From positions 2,400,001-2,464,000 of the forward strand of contig OY970359.1 of assembly GCA_963718665.1 (NCBI GenBank): a stretch of DNA of 64,000 nt, read 5' to 3'. The DNA comes from an uncultured Phycisphaerales bacterium. Lineage in GTDB: Bacteria > Planctomycetota > Phycisphaerae > Sedimentisphaerales > Anaerobacaceae. The notes beneath the pieces were generated by a model. It made no database searches and was not told where the DNA came from. It was given only the letters and a program-made list of their open reading frames with translations. Below, in pieces: positions 40,793 to 51,980 of the stretch (within the stretch, counting starts at the first letter, position 1; every line of letters begins with the position of its first letter). Both the position numbers and the translations under genes were made by a program.

Positions 40793-41971
40793 GTGAAGAA
40801 TCTTAAAAGAGTCGCGTTGATGATTGAAAGCTCTCGGGCATTCGGCAGAGACCTGGTCCGCGGGATTATGAGGTATTCGCGGCTGCACGGGCCGTGGGTG
40901 TTTCCGTGGGTGTTCTACAGGCAGGACCTGTTTTACGTTGCTCGCGGGAGCGAACGAGCCGAATTAGAGCACCTGAAAAAGTGGGGGCCCCAGGGCATAA
41001 TATCGCGCGATACGAGAGATATCGAAGAGTTGGCAAGATGGGACATTCCATTATTTGTCGCGGTGGCGATGGAGCCGCCCGCGGCGAAGCGAAACAACAT
41101 AGTAACTGATAATCGTGCGGTAGGCAGGATGGCCGCGGAGCACCTTCTTGAGCGGGGATTCCGTAATTTCGGGTACTGCGGTTTTGATGATATGTACTGG
41201 TCCTGCCAGCGAGGGGAGAATTTCGGCGCACGCATATCAGAGGCAGGTTTCAAAACGAGCTTTTACAAACAGCCCAAATCCCGCGCGAATCGTTTATGGT
41301 ACAGAGAGGAGGCGATTCTTACGGAATGGCTGCGCGGGCTGCCAAAACCGGTAGGGATTATGGCGTGCAACGATGACAGGGGGCAGCATATTACCGAGGC
41401 CTGCGCCAATGCGAAGCTCGATGTGCCTTATGAGGTGGCTATTATCGGCGTAGATAACGACGACCAGGTATGCGATATTTCAAACCCGCCGTTGTCGAGT
41501 GTTGCCCTGGATGTCGAGAAGGCCGGCTTCCAGGCGAGCGAACTGCTTGACAGGATGATGGCGGGAGAAAAGATGCCGCCCCAGATGGTGATTATTCCCC
41601 CGAACAGGGTGGTGATGAGGCAGTCAACCAATATCGTTGCGGTAGAGGATAAATTAGTCAGCCATGCGTTGAATTTTATTCATCATAACGCCAAACGCCT
41701 TATACAGGTGGATGACGTCATAAAAAATCTGAGTGTTTCCCGGCGTAACCTGCACGACAAATTTATGAAGACGCTGGGACGTTCGGTTTATGACGAGATT
41801 AAGCGAGTTCGGATAGACCTTATCAGCCAGATGCTGATTGAGACGGATTTGTCGATATCGGATATTGCGTTAGGCCTGGGATACGATAATACTAATCATA
41901 TTGCCCGGTACTTCAAGCAGAAAATGGGAATATCGCCGCTGGAGTACCGCAAGCTTCACGGCCACAAATAG
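40793..41971 (+). CDS. XylR-like regulator (LacI-type sensor domain + AraC HTH)
   Basis: VALMIESS, PKPVGIMACND, IGVDND and LSSV motifs; C-terminal AraC FKQKMGISPLEYR. Confidence 0.9.
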   Translation: MKNLKRVALMIESSRAFGRDLVRGIMRYSRLHGPWVFPWVFYRQDLFYVARGSERAELEHLKKWGPQGIISRDTRDIEELARWDIPLFVAVAMEPPAAKRNNIVTDNRAVGRMAAEHLLERGFRNFGYCGFDDMYWSCQRGENFGARISEAGFKTSFYKQPKSRANRLWYREEAILTEWLRGLPKPVGIMACNDDRGQHITEACANAKLDVPYEVAIIGVDNDDQVCDISNPPLSSVALDVEKAGFQASELLDRMMAGEKMPPQMVIIPPNRVVMRQSTNIVAVEDKLVSHALNFIHHNAKRLIQVDDVIKNLSVSRRNLHDKFMKTLGRSVYDEIKRVRIDLISQMLIETDLSISDIALGLGYDNTNHIARYFKQKMGISPLEYRKLHGHK

Positions 41972-42027
41972 CCGCGAAATGTTTTAAAAATTCCGGCATA
42001 ATTGATTGAAAGCAGGAGAAATGTGAA

Positions 42028-44208
42028 ATGAAAACTGAAAAGCGGTTCAACAAACAGCGTTCAGCGTTCAGCGTTCAGTGTTTGGCGATAATTGTTCTTT
42101 GTTCATCGGTTGTTTTTGCGGCGTATCCCTTCGAAGACCCGAATCTCCCGATAGAAGACAGGGTGAATAATATCGTTTCTCTTATGACACTGGAGGAAAA
42201 AATATCCTGTCTCAGTACCGACCCCAATGTTTTGCGGCTCGGTATCAAAGGTTCCCGGCATATCGAAGGGCTTCACGGGGTTGCGCTTGGCGGGCCGGGC
42301 GGATGGGGCAGGGATAATCCCGTCCCTACGACGCAGTTTCCGCAGGCGATTGGTATGGCAGAGACCTGGGACACAGACATAATTAAGCAGGCGGGCGAAA
42401 TCGAGGGCTACGAAGCGCGATACACATTCCAGAAGTTAAACAGGGGCGCGCTTGTCGTAAGGGCACCGAACGCCGATTTGGGCAGGGACCCGCGGTGGGG
42501 GAGGACCGAGGAGTGTTACGGCGAGGACCCGTATTTTAACGGGACACTCGTCGTTGCCTTTGTGAAAGGGCTTCAGGGGGACAATCCGAAGTACTGGCAG
42601 ACGGCCGCGCTTATGAAGCACTTCCTGGCCAACAGCAATGAGAACGGCCGCGGCAAATCATCCTCCAATTTTAACGAACGCCTTTTGAGAGAGTATTATT
42701 CGGTTCCTTTCAGGATGGGTGTTGTCGAGGGCGGCTCCCGCGCTTATATGGCCTCATACAATGCCTACAATGGGATACCCTGCACAGTTCAGCCGATTCT
42801 GAAAGATATCACAATCAAAGAGTGGGGACAGGACGGCATAATCTGCACCGACGGGGGCGCTTATAAAAACCTGGTTACTCAGCACAGGTATTATCTCGAA
42901 ATGGATATGGCTGCCGCGGCGTGTATTAAGGCGGGCATCAACCAGTTTCTGGACAGATACCGCGATGGTGTAAACGATGCGCTTAAAAATAAGCTGCTGA
43001 CCGAGGCGGACATCGATAATGTTATAAAAGGTAATTACAGGGTTATGATTCGGCTTGGTCTGCTCGACCCGCCTGATAATAACCCTTATGCCAAAATCGG
43101 CAGGACCGATGCACAGGACCCCTGGCTTACAGACAAGCATAAGCAATTTGCCCGATTGATTACGCAAAAATCGATCGTCCTGCTGAAAAACACCAATAAT
43201 TTATTGCCTCTTGATAAGGACAAGCTGAAATCCGTCGCGGTAATCGGTCCACGTGCCGATGAGGTCCTGCTCGACTGGTATAGCGGCACGCCGCCTTATA
43301 CTGTTTCACCGTATGAGGGAATAAAAAATAAACTCTCTGGCAGGGCGACGGTTCAGCTCGCTATTGATGATACCAACAACGCTGCGGTTAATCTGGCGAA
43401 ACAATCCGACGTAGTTATTGTCTGCGTCGGTAATCACCCGACCTGTGACGCCAATTTTGGAAATTGCCCGAATCCCGGCGAGGGCAAGGAGGCGATTGAC
43501 CGGAAAATCATCACTCTCAGTCAGGAAGAACTGATAAAAAAGGTATATCGAGCAAATCCCAATACGGTTGTCGTGTTAATCAGCAGTTTCCCCTATGCTA
43601 TTACATGGACACAGCATAATGTCCCCGCGATAATTCATATGACGCACAACAGCCAGGAACTTGGCAACGCTTTAGCGGATGTTCTTTTTGGCGATTATAA
43701 TCCGGCTGGCCGGCTCGTCCAGACGTGGCCTCGTTCTCTTGACCAGTTGCCGCCTATGATGGATTATGATATTCGCGACGGCAGAACGTATATGTATTTC
43801 AAAGGCGAGCCGCTTTATCCATTCGGATATGGTTTGAGTTACACCACTTTCAAATATACGAATATGCGGACAAGTTCAGACAGCATTTCCGAGAATGGCC
43901 GGATTACTGTAAGCGTGGATATTACAAATACCGGCTCACTCCCTGGCGACGAGGTCGTTCAGATGTATGTCAGGCACCTTGGTTCCGAAATTCAAAGACC
44001 GCTTAAAGAGCTGAAAGGTTTCAGGCGAATTACGCTGCAGCCGAATGAAACGAAGACCGTCCAGATACAGTTAAAGGCAGAATCGCTCGCTTACTGGAAC
44101 ACGGATGCGCAGCGATTTGTTGTGGAGCGTGACAAAATCCATATAATGCTCGGCGGGTCTTCCGCACAGACCAAACTCGAAAAAACCGTAAGCGTAGTTG
44201 GGGGGTAA
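42028..44208 (+). CDS. GH3 beta-glucosidase/xylosidase
   Basis: [24 protein letters not shown] and YPFGYGLSY motifs; FN3-like C-terminus. Confidence 0.92.
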   Translation: MKTEKRFNKQRSAFSVQCLAIIVLCSSVVFAAYPFEDPNLPIEDRVNNIVSLMTLEEKISCLSTDPNVLRLGIKGSRHIEGLHGVALGGPGGWGRDNPVPTTQFPQAIGMAETWDTDIIKQAGEIEGYEARYTFQKLNRGALVVRAPNADLGRDPRWGRTEECYGEDPYFNGTLVVAFVKGLQGDNPKYWQTAALMKHFLANSNENGRGKSSSNFNERLLREYYSVPFRMGVVEGGSRAYMASYNAYNGIPCTVQPILKDITIKEWGQDGIICTDGGAYKNLVTQHRYYLEMDMAAAACIKAGINQFLDRYRDGVNDALKNKLLTEADIDNVIKGNYRVMIRLGLLDPPDNNPYAKIGRTDAQDPWLTDKHKQFARLITQKSIVLLKNTNNLLPLDKDKLKSVAVIGPRADEVLLDWYSGTPPYTVSPYEGIKNKLSGRATVQLAIDDTNNAAVNLAKQSDVVIVCVGNHPTCDANFGNCPNPGEGKEAIDRKIITLSQEELIKKVYRANPNTVVVLISSFPYAITWTQHNVPAIIHMTHNSQELGNALADVLFGDYNPAGRLVQTWPRSLDQLPPMMDYDIRDGRTYMYFKGEPLYPFGYGLSYTTFKYTNMRTSSDSISENGRITVSVDITNTGSLPGDEVVQMYVRHLGSEIQRPLKELKGFRRITLQPNETKTVQIQLKAESLAYWNTDAQRFVVERDKIHIMLGGSSAQTKLEKTVSVVGG
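42055..42082 (+). repeat. Heptamer tandem repeat (CAGCGTT)x3 + CAGTGTT inside the GH3 signal-peptide region
   Basis: Read directly from the sequence. Confidence 0.8.
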
Positions 44209-44213
44209 TTACA

Positions 44214-46589
44214 ATGAATCTTAAAATAAACGATGCCGTAAAAACGATAGGTTGCATGTTGGTTATTTGCTTCGCGGGCTTTGGCAATGGTGCGTCCGCT
44301 GACGACCTGACGTTGTGGTACACACAGCCGGCGAAACAATGGGTTGAGGCGCTGCCCATCGGCAACGGCCGGCTTGGTGCTATGGTCTTTGGCGGCATCG
44401 ATAAAGAACGTATCCAGCTTAACGAAGACACCCTTTCCGCTGGCGGGCCATACGACCCGACTAATCCAAATGCCCTCGCTGCGCTGCCCGAGGCACGCCG
44501 GCTCATCTTCGCGGGTGACTTTAATCAGGCCAATAAGCTCATCGGCGAGAAAATGATGGGCAGGCCGATAACGCAGATGCCGTATCAGACGGTAGGCGAT
44601 TTGTATCTTACGTTTGCGAATATCGAAGGGGCCGCAAATTATCGCCGGCAGCTTGACCTTGATACTGCTATTGCCCGTGTGGATTTCCGCGCCGGCGATG
44701 TAAATTTCACACGCGAAGTATTTTCCAGCCCGATTGACCAGATAATTGTTATTCGCCTAACAGCGGACAAACCGGGAAAGATTTCGTTTGCCGCGGCGAT
44801 GCGCACTCCACAGAAAGCAACCATAATGGTGGAATCGCCAGATACGATGATAATGCGAGGCGTCAATCCGCAGGCGGCTGGCATAAGGGGGGCATTGAAG
44901 TTTCAGGCCCTTTTGAAAGTGATGGTTACTGGCGGGCAAATTAGCAGTGACCAGAACCAGGTTTCCGTTACCAACGCGGATTCCGCAACGCTTCTGGTCG
45001 ATGCGGCGACGAGTTATAAAAGTTTCAAGGATGTCACCGGCGACCCGGACGCTATTATACGTAAGCATATTGGCGAGGCGACAAAAAGAGCTTTTGAAAT
45101 TATTCGCAAAGACCATATAGCCGAACATCAACGGCTGTTTAGCCGGGTAAAGTTAGACCTCGGCACTACGGAAGCTTCCAAACGTCCCACCGATGCGAGA
45201 ATCAAAACCTTTGCTTCCGCCAATGACCCTCAGCTTGCGGCCTTATATTTTCAATTCGGGCGTTACCTGCTTATTTGCTGTTCTCGTCCCGGTGGCCAGC
45301 CGGCGAACCTGCAGGGTTTATGGAATGAAAGCACCAATCCGCCCTGGGGCTGTAAATATACGGTTAATATCAATACCGAAATGAACTACTGGCATGTGGA
45401 AACGACGAACATTTCTGAGTGTGTAGAACCGCTGATAGCGATGATAATGGACTTGAACGAAACCGGTGCTCACACCGCTAAAGTGTGCTGGGATGCCGAC
45501 GGCTGGGTTTGTAATCATAACACTGATTTGTGGCGTGCTACTGCGCCGGTCGATGGGCCATTGTGGGGCTTTTGGCCTACGGGCGGGGCGTGGCTTTGCC
45601 AGCACATCTGGGAACACTACCTTTTCACTTGCGACAAGGAATTTCTGGCAAAGACGTATCCTGTGATGAAAGGTGCGGCTCAGTTCTTTCTCGATACCCT
45701 TGTTGAAGAGCCGAATCATCACTGGCTTGTTACCTGCCCGTCACTGTCTCCTGAGAACATTCATCCTTTCGGAAACGTTAGCATTTGCGCGGGGCCGACG
45801 ATGGATACGGAAATTCTGCGTGACCTGTTTTCCAACTGTATAAGCGCATCGGAAATCCTCGGCATTGATAAAGATTTTCGTGAACGTCTTGCTGTCGCGC
45901 GAGCCCGTCTTGCGCCGTTACAAATCGGCAAAGCGGGCCAGCTTCAGGAATGGCTCGATGACTGGGATATGCAGGCGCCGGAAATTCATCACCGTCACGT
46001 ATCGCATCTTTACGGGCTTTTTCCGAGCGACCAGATTTCAGTGCACAAGACGCCTGAACTTGCCGCGGCAGCCCGCAAATCGCTGGAGATTCGCGGCGAT
46101 GACGCCACCGGTTGGGGACTTGGCTGGCGTTTGAATCTCTGGGCGCGACTTCACGACGCCGAACACGCTTATAAAATCCTCCGTATGCTGCTGTCCCCGG
46201 ACCGCACCTACCCGAATATGTTCGACGCACATCCGCCTTTCCAGATAGACGGCAACTTCGGCGGAACCTCCGGTATAGTGGAAATGCTTCTACAGAGCAT
46301 AAATGGTGAAATAGAAATGCTGCCCGCGCTGCCGAAGGCCTGGCCGACCGGCTCAGTAAAAGGATTAAGGGCGAGAGGCGGGTTTGAGGTAGATATTGCG
46401 TGGAAAGATGGTCTCCTGGACAACGCAACTATAAGATCGCTCAACGGCAACGCTGTTCGCGTTCGCACGGCAGCGCCGATAAATGTCACCTTAAAGGGGA
46501 AAGCCGTTGAGGTAACCAGACCACAAGCCAATGTCGTGGCCTTCAAAACCAAGGCAAACCAAAGTTATAATCTCACGGTCAGCCAATAA
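44214..46589 (+). CDS. GH95 alpha-L-fucosidase
   Basis: [37 protein letters not shown] and [10 protein letters not shown] motifs. Confidence 0.93.
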   Translation: MNLKINDAVKTIGCMLVICFAGFGNGASADDLTLWYTQPAKQWVEALPIGNGRLGAMVFGGIDKERIQLNEDTLSAGGPYDPTNPNALAALPEARRLIFAGDFNQANKLIGEKMMGRPITQMPYQTVGDLYLTFANIEGAANYRRQLDLDTAIARVDFRAGDVNFTREVFSSPIDQIIVIRLTADKPGKISFAAAMRTPQKATIMVESPDTMIMRGVNPQAAGIRGALKFQALLKVMVTGGQISSDQNQVSVTNADSATLLVDAATSYKSFKDVTGDPDAIIRKHIGEATKRAFEIIRKDHIAEHQRLFSRVKLDLGTTEASKRPTDARIKTFASANDPQLAALYFQFGRYLLICCSRPGGQPANLQGLWNESTNPPWGCKYTVNINTEMNYWHVETTNISECVEPLIAMIMDLNETGAHTAKVCWDADGWVCNHNTDLWRATAPVDGPLWGFWPTGGAWLCQHIWEHYLFTCDKEFLAKTYPVMKGAAQFFLDTLVEEPNHHWLVTCPSLSPENIHPFGNVSICAGPTMDTEILRDLFSNCISASEILGIDKDFRERLAVARARLAPLQIGKAGQLQEWLDDWDMQAPEIHHRHVSHLYGLFPSDQISVHKTPELAAAARKSLEIRGDDATGWGLGWRLNLWARLHDAEHAYKILRMLLSPDRTYPNMFDAHPPFQIDGNFGGTSGIVEMLLQSINGEIEMLPALPKAWPTGSVKGLRARGGFEVDIAWKDGLLDNATIRSLNGNAVRVRTAAPINVTLKGKAVEVTRPQANVVAFKTKANQSYNLTVSQ

Positions 46590-46600
46590 AAGGACGAGTT

Positions 46601-49369
46601 ATGAGAGCAGCAAATACAATTATTGTATCGATACTTGTGATTTGCTCTGCATCTGCTTTTGCCGGAGACAACTTGGTTAATCTTGCGGGTCAATGGCGGT
46701 TTGCTCTCGATGTAAACAACGCAGGGATAAAAGATAAATGGTTCGAGAAATCCTTAGACGACACCATTCAACTTCCCGGCACCACCGACGAAAACCGCAA
46801 GGGAATACTCAACAATGCCCGCGAAACAAGCCGGCTTACGCGTTTGTATCCATTTGTCGGCTCCGCCTGGTATCAGCAGGATATAAACATACCGGCTGAA
46901 TGGTCAAACAAACGTATCACATTATTTCTCGAATGCACAAAAAACAGTCGGCTTTGGGTTGACGCCAACGGTCTCAGCACACAGGATTCGTTAGTTGCTC
47001 CTCATATTTATTCGCTTGGCCCTTTGTCGCCGGGCAGGCATCAGTTAACGCTGCGAATCAATAATTCCGAATACCCGCCCATCGGCGACCCGCACCAGAT
47101 TAGTGACCAGACGCAAACTAACTGGAATGGCGTCATCGGCAAAATCGGACTTATCGCGACCGACCCTGTCTGTATCGACGACGTTCAGGTTTATCCGGAT
47201 GTTGTCGCAAAAACAGTCAAAGTTCGCGTCAGTGTAATCAACACTACGGGGCTGCAGGCCAATTCAACCTTGACGTTTAAAGCATCGAAAACAGACGGGA
47301 CGCCGCAGGGCCAGCCCGTTTCGATTTCTTTTCCGGCAGGCGACAAGCCGGTGGTAGTTGAAGTCAACTATCCGCTCGGTGATAACGCGAAATATTGGGA
47401 TGAGTTTTCTCCTGTGCTTTACAGGATTACCGTTTCTCTTGATGCTTCGTCGGCAGGAAAAAAATATGCCGACAGCAGGGAGGTTACTTTTGGCCTGCGA
47501 GAATTCAAGGCGAAGGGGACACAATTCAATATCAACGGAAGGACAACATTCCTTCGCGGCAAACACGACGCCTGTGTCTTTCCGCTCACGGGTTATCCGC
47601 CTATGACTGTCGCGGGCTGGCTGAAGGTTTTCAATACCGCAAAATCATACGGCATAAATCATTATCGTTTTCATACCTGGTGTCCGCCCGAGGCAGCGTT
47701 CGAGGCGGCGGACCAGGTGGGCGTATATATGGAGGTGGAATTGCCGAACTGGGCCAACTTCGGCGAGCCAAACCATGATAATTTCTGTCTGGCAGAAGGC
47801 GAACGGCTTCTGAAAACTTTCGGCAATCACCCGTCTTTTGTTATGCTTGCCCTGGGAAATGAGCTGGGCGGCAAACAGGAGCTGATGGTGCCGGTCGTGA
47901 GGCAATTGCGTCTGCTTGACTCCCGCCATCTCTATGCTCAGGGCACCAACAACTGGTTCGGTATGGTTGACCCCAACGACGATTTCTGGGTGAGTTGGCA
48001 GGTTCGCTGGCAGAAAATCCGCGGTTCATACGCAGCGGTCGATACCCCTCTGGGACATATACAGGTCGGCCCGCCGGGGACAGATAAAGATTACACCCGT
48101 GAAATCAAAGGCATTACCGTACCTGTTATTTCTACCGAAATAGGCCAATATCAAATATATCCCGACTACCGTGAAATCGACAAATACACTGGCGTTGTGC
48201 GGGCGCGCAATTTTGAAATCTTCCGTGACCGTCTCAAACAAAATGGAATGCTTGACCAGGCAGGCGATTTCTTCCGTGCGTCAGGGGCATTGGCAGTGCT
48301 GTGCTATCGTGAGGATATCGAGGCAGCATTGCGAACTCGTGGTTTTGGCGGCTTCCAGCTTCTCGATTTGCAGGATTTTCCCGGGCAGGGCACCGCTCTT
48401 GTGGGCATACTCGATGCTTTTATGGAATCGAAGGGTCTCATCGAGCCGGCCAAGTGGCGTCAATTTTGTTGCGAAACTGTTCCTCTTGTCCGTATGAGTA
48501 AATACACTTGGACAGTGGGCGAGACATTTAACGCCAAGACGCAGGTTGCTCACTTTGGTTCGTCCGACATCAATAACGCCGTCGGCGTCTGGATCCTGCA
48601 AAATGCCAAAGGGAACACTCTTGCCTCCGGGCGATTGCCTGCACAAAATATATCTCAGGGGACGCTTGCGTCACTTGGGGATATCAATATCCCGCTTAAG
48701 GATGTTGCTTCGCCGACAAAACTTAAACTTACGTTTGCGATTGAAGGAACCAACTTCGCTAATTCATACAATATCTGGGTATATCCTGATAAGGCCGACA
48801 CATCCGTGGGTAATGTCATCATAAGCCGAAAGTATGATGATGCGACGCGAGAGGCATTGAATATCGGCAAAAGTGTTCTGCTCATACCGGAAGCCAACGA
48901 CCTTAACAATTCGCTCCCCGGTATGTTTGCCTCTGATTTTTGGAATTACGGAATGTTTAAAAAGCTGGCCGAGGAGAGAAAAGTCCCTGTTGCTCCTGGG
49001 ACTCTGGGTATACTTTGCGACCCTTATCATCCTGCGTTTGCTGATTTCCCCACGGAGTTCCACTCCAACTGGCAGTGGTTCAATCTGCTTCGCAATTCCC
49101 GCACGATGATTCTTGACGCGATGCCTGCCGGCTACAGGCCGATCGTCCAGGTTATTGATAACTGCGAACGGGCAAAGAAACTGGGCAATATCTTTGAAGT
49201 CAAAATGGGTAAGGGGAAACTGCTGGTCTGCTCAATAAATCTGCCTGCGATACAGGATAAACCCGAAGCGAGGCAGCTATTGCACAGTTTATTACGGTAT
49301 ATGAACTCAAACCGTTTTGAGCCGAAAACGACAATTGATGACACGACCCTTGGCCGCATACTTCAGTAG
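46601..49369 (+). CDS. GH2 family glycosidase
   Basis: NWNGVIG, FGLREF, NHYRFHTWCPP, LGNEL and LQDFPGQG motifs. Confidence 0.85.
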   Translation: MRAANTIIVSILVICSASAFAGDNLVNLAGQWRFALDVNNAGIKDKWFEKSLDDTIQLPGTTDENRKGILNNARETSRLTRLYPFVGSAWYQQDINIPAEWSNKRITLFLECTKNSRLWVDANGLSTQDSLVAPHIYSLGPLSPGRHQLTLRINNSEYPPIGDPHQISDQTQTNWNGVIGKIGLIATDPVCIDDVQVYPDVVAKTVKVRVSVINTTGLQANSTLTFKASKTDGTPQGQPVSISFPAGDKPVVVEVNYPLGDNAKYWDEFSPVLYRITVSLDASSAGKKYADSREVTFGLREFKAKGTQFNINGRTTFLRGKHDACVFPLTGYPPMTVAGWLKVFNTAKSYGINHYRFHTWCPPEAAFEAADQVGVYMEVELPNWANFGEPNHDNFCLAEGERLLKTFGNHPSFVMLALGNELGGKQELMVPVVRQLRLLDSRHLYAQGTNNWFGMVDPNDDFWVSWQVRWQKIRGSYAAVDTPLGHIQVGPPGTDKDYTREIKGITVPVISTEIGQYQIYPDYREIDKYTGVVRARNFEIFRDRLKQNGMLDQAGDFFRASGALAVLCYREDIEAALRTRGFGGFQLLDLQDFPGQGTALVGILDAFMESKGLIEPAKWRQFCCETVPLVRMSKYTWTVGETFNAKTQVAHFGSSDINNAVGVWILQNAKGNTLASGRLPAQNISQGTLASLGDINIPLKDVASPTKLKLTFAIEGTNFANSYNIWVYPDKADTSVGNVIISRKYDDATREALNIGKSVLLIPEANDLNNSLPGMFASDFWNYGMFKKLAEERKVPVAPGTLGILCDPYHPAFADFPTEFHSNWQWFNLLRNSRTMILDAMPAGYRPIVQVIDNCERAKKLGNIFEVKMGKGKLLVCSINLPAIQDKPEARQLLHSLLRYMNSNRFEPKTTIDDTTLGRILQ

Positions 49370-49420
49370 GTTAGCGGGAACAGAATAATATAAACAGACA
49401 GGCGAGCAGGAGTCAGGTTG

Positions 49421-49504
49421 TTATTTCTTTTTTTTGCCTTTGCTCTTTTTGGCCTTTTTGATGCTCTTTTTCATTCCCGACCGACATCCACACGTATTAC
49501 ACAT
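49421..49504 (-). CDS. 27-aa small protein MCNTCGC + Lys-rich tail
   Basis: AGGAAAGGA SD before the ATG; its own candidate promoter upstream. Confidence 0.6.
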   Translation of the reverse strand: MCNTCGCRSGMKKSIKKAKKSKGKKKK

Positions 49505-49556
49505 TTTTATTCCTTTCCTAAACCTGATACATGTTGACTTGTTTGCCGCACAGGTT

Positions 49557-49585
49557 ATACTACCATCCTGCCCCGAAATGGTCAA
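49557..49585 (-). promoter_or_regulatory. Putative sigma70 promoter TTGACC-N17-TAGTAT for the small ORF
   Basis: Hexamers and 17-nt spacing read on the minus strand. Confidence 0.5.
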
Positions 49586-49676
49586 CAACCCACTGTCTGA
49601 GGCGAGATTGACTGGCGCATTTGCGTTGATTTTGCCGAACATTTAAATAAATGGCCGATAAGGCAGGACGGCAACA

Positions 49677-50492
49677 TTGGGATGCCAGATGTTACAAAGT
49701 GTTGTTTTAGCTGAACTGAATCCGTTAAAGCCGGTGATAGCTGCGCCGTTGTTTCGTTTTTCAATAGACGGATACGAGATTATATTCAGCAACCACATGC
49801 TGATGGTAACGGTTGCTGCGGTTGTCTTGCTGATAATAATCCCTCTTGGGATAAGCAGGAAAAGCTTGACGCCTCGCGGGTGGCAGAACTTTGTCGAAAG
49901 TTTATGCGTTTTTCTTCGTGATGAGGTCGCCCGGCCAGTCCTCGGACATAACACAGACAGGTTCATCTTTTTCGTCTGGACGATGTTTTTCTTCATTTTG
50001 ACGATGAATCTGCTCGGGATGGTTCCTACTGAAGCGATGGTTTATCTTATAACGGGCAAGGAGTATCGCTATGGCGGCGGTGCCACAGCCAACATCTGGA
50101 TTACAGGCGCCCTGGCGATGGTGACATTCGTCCTTACTCACGCTGTCGGGATAAAAGAATACGGACTATTAAAATATCTCTCGATGCTGGCGCCGAAGGT
50201 GCCGTGGCCCATCCTGCCTTTGATTTACGTCCTGGAGATATTAAGCGCGCTGGTCAGGCCTTTCGCCTTGGCTGTCCGTTTGTTCGCTAATATGCTCGCG
50301 GGCCATATAGTACTGGCGACCTTCATCGGCCTCATACTGATTTTCAAGAACTGGTTTGTCGTAGCGGGTTCGGTTGGGGCGATAATAGTGATGTCATCTC
50401 TTGAGCTGCTTATTGCTTTTATACAGGCGTATATTTTCACTTTGCTTTCAGCTTTATTTATAAGCTTGGCTTTGGAATCAGAACATAGTTGA
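49677..50492 (+). CDS. atpB: F0F1 ATP synthase subunit a
   Basis: RPFALAVRLFANMLAGH and IQAYIFTLL motifs; start may instead be the ATG at 49689. Confidence 0.95.
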   Translation: MGCQMLQSVVLAELNPLKPVIAAPLFRFSIDGYEIIFSNHMLMVTVAAVVLLIIIPLGISRKSLTPRGWQNFVESLCVFLRDEVARPVLGHNTDRFIFFVWTMFFFILTMNLLGMVPTEAMVYLITGKEYRYGGGATANIWITGALAMVTFVLTHAVGIKEYGLLKYLSMLAPKVPWPILPLIYVLEILSALVRPFALAVRLFANMLAGHIVLATFIGLILIFKNWFVVAGSVGAIIVMSSLELLIAFIQAYIFTLLSALFISLALESEHS

Positions 50493-50522
50493 TGGGTTAA
50501 TGTTTTTGGAGGTTTTGAGCAA

Positions 50523-50798
50523 ATGACAGAATTAGCAGGAAGCGTGTTGGCGGCCGAGGTAGGCGTCGGCAATGGTTTGGCGATACTCGGCGCCGTCGTC
50601 GGTTGCGGCCTGGCGATTCTCGGCGCAGGTATCGGTATCGGTTTCATCGGCGGTAAATCGACCGAGGCGATTGCCCGCCAGCCGCAAATAGGCGGAAGAA
50701 TCGTTTCGGCGATGATTATCGCAGCTGCGCTCATTGAGGGCGTTACTTTGTTTGCCTTAGTCATCGGCTTTTTGGCAATCTTCTGGATGAAGGGTTAA
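50523..50798 (+). CDS. atpE: F0F1 ATP synthase subunit c
   Basis: GAGIGIG, ARQP and LIEG motifs. Confidence 0.95.
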   Translation: MTELAGSVLAAEVGVGNGLAILGAVVGCGLAILGAGIGIGFIGGKSTEAIARQPQIGGRIVSAMIIAAALIEGVTLFALVIGFLAIFWMKG

Positions 50799-50814
50799 AC
50801 AAGAGGGCAAATAA

Positions 50815-51393
50815 ATGTTCAGATTAAAAACAACAGTAGTCGTGTTGCTGGTGCTTTCAGCAGGCGCATGCGCATTGGCGTCAGGCGGCGAGGCGTCGAC
50901 CGAGGAGCAGGGCATTTTCAGCGGCACGTTCGCTGATTCGTTATGGACTCTGATTGCCTTTGTGCTGCTCCTTGTAATCCTTACCAAAGTTGCGTGGAAG
51001 CCGCTGGTTAAGCAGCTCCAGGCCCGTCAGGATTATATAAAACAGCAGATAGACGCAGCGGACACGTCTCGCAAAAATGCCGAGGCGCTGCTCGACCAGT
51101 ACAAACAGCAGGGTATCGAGATTGTGAACAAACTGACCGCGCAGGCACAATTGCTTGAAAAGGAAATGGTCAGCAAAGCCGGCGACGAAGTTGCCCAGAT
51201 GAAACGAAGAGCACAGGCAGACATCGAATACGCCAGAATCTCGGCATCGCAGCGGATGTGGCAGGAGGCCGAGGATATGCTGCTTGCGCTTAGCGGCGAA
51301 ATTGTCGGAAGGGCCGTTACTCATGAGGACAATCTCCGGCTTCTCTATGAATCCATAGAAAAGCTCAAACGCGAACAGACGGGTGGACGATGA
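50815..51393 (+). CDS. atpF: F0F1 ATP synthase subunit b
   Basis: TM segment + AWKPL..L..R + coiled coil; operon position. Confidence 0.9.
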   Translation: MFRLKTTVVVLLVLSAGACALASGGEASTEEQGIFSGTFADSLWTLIAFVLLLVILTKVAWKPLVKQLQARQDYIKQQIDAADTSRKNAEALLDQYKQQGIEIVNKLTAQAQLLEKEMVSKAGDEVAQMKRRAQADIEYARISASQRMWQEAEDMLLALSGEIVGRAVTHEDNLRLLYESIEKLKREQTGGR

Positions 51394-51980
51394 CCGGAAC
51401 CGATATAGGGCTGCACGTTGGCGACCTCTACTCAAAGGCGTTGTATGACCTTGCAGCGGAGTTCGGAATTGTCGAAGAGGTCAAAGACGAGCTGACGATG
51501 CTTGAGACGCTTATCGCGCAGGAAAAGGAATTTCTGCACATTATGGCGTCGCCGCAGTTTACCGCCGAATACAAGCAGTCGCTGCTGAACAAAATGTTCT
51601 CGGGTAAAACAAGTGATTTGACCCTGAATTTTCTGCTCGCAGTTGACAGGCACAACAGGACGATGTACCTGCCGCAAATGATAACCAGTTTCGGCGAATT
51701 ATGGGATGCCCATCATGGTATCAGTATTGTTGAGCTGACGCTTCACGACAATATCAATCCTGATGAGCTGGCCGGCATTACACAGGCCATTTCGAACGCG
51801 ATGGGCAAACAGATTCAGCTTAAATTGAAGGTTAAGCCCGCCATTATGGGCGGGGCGGTCATAAGATACGGTGAAAGTGTTATCGATAATTCGATAAAGA
51901 ATCGGCTGTATCACGCCGTGCGTACTGTAATGGACAGTTGTAAACAGATAAGGATAAAAGATGAAGTCCAATGTCAGTGA
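51390..51980 (+). CDS. atpH: F1 subunit delta
   Basis: YSKAL, NFL and IMGG..IDNS motifs. Confidence 0.9.
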   Translation: MTGTDIGLHVGDLYSKALYDLAAEFGIVEEVKDELTMLETLIAQEKEFLHIMASPQFTAEYKQSLLNKMFSGKTSDLTLNFLLAVDRHNRTMYLPQMITSFGELWDAHHGISIVELTLHDNINPDELAGITQAISNAMGKQIQLKLKVKPAIMGGAVIRYGESVIDNSIKNRLYHAVRTVMDSCKQIRIKDEVQCQ

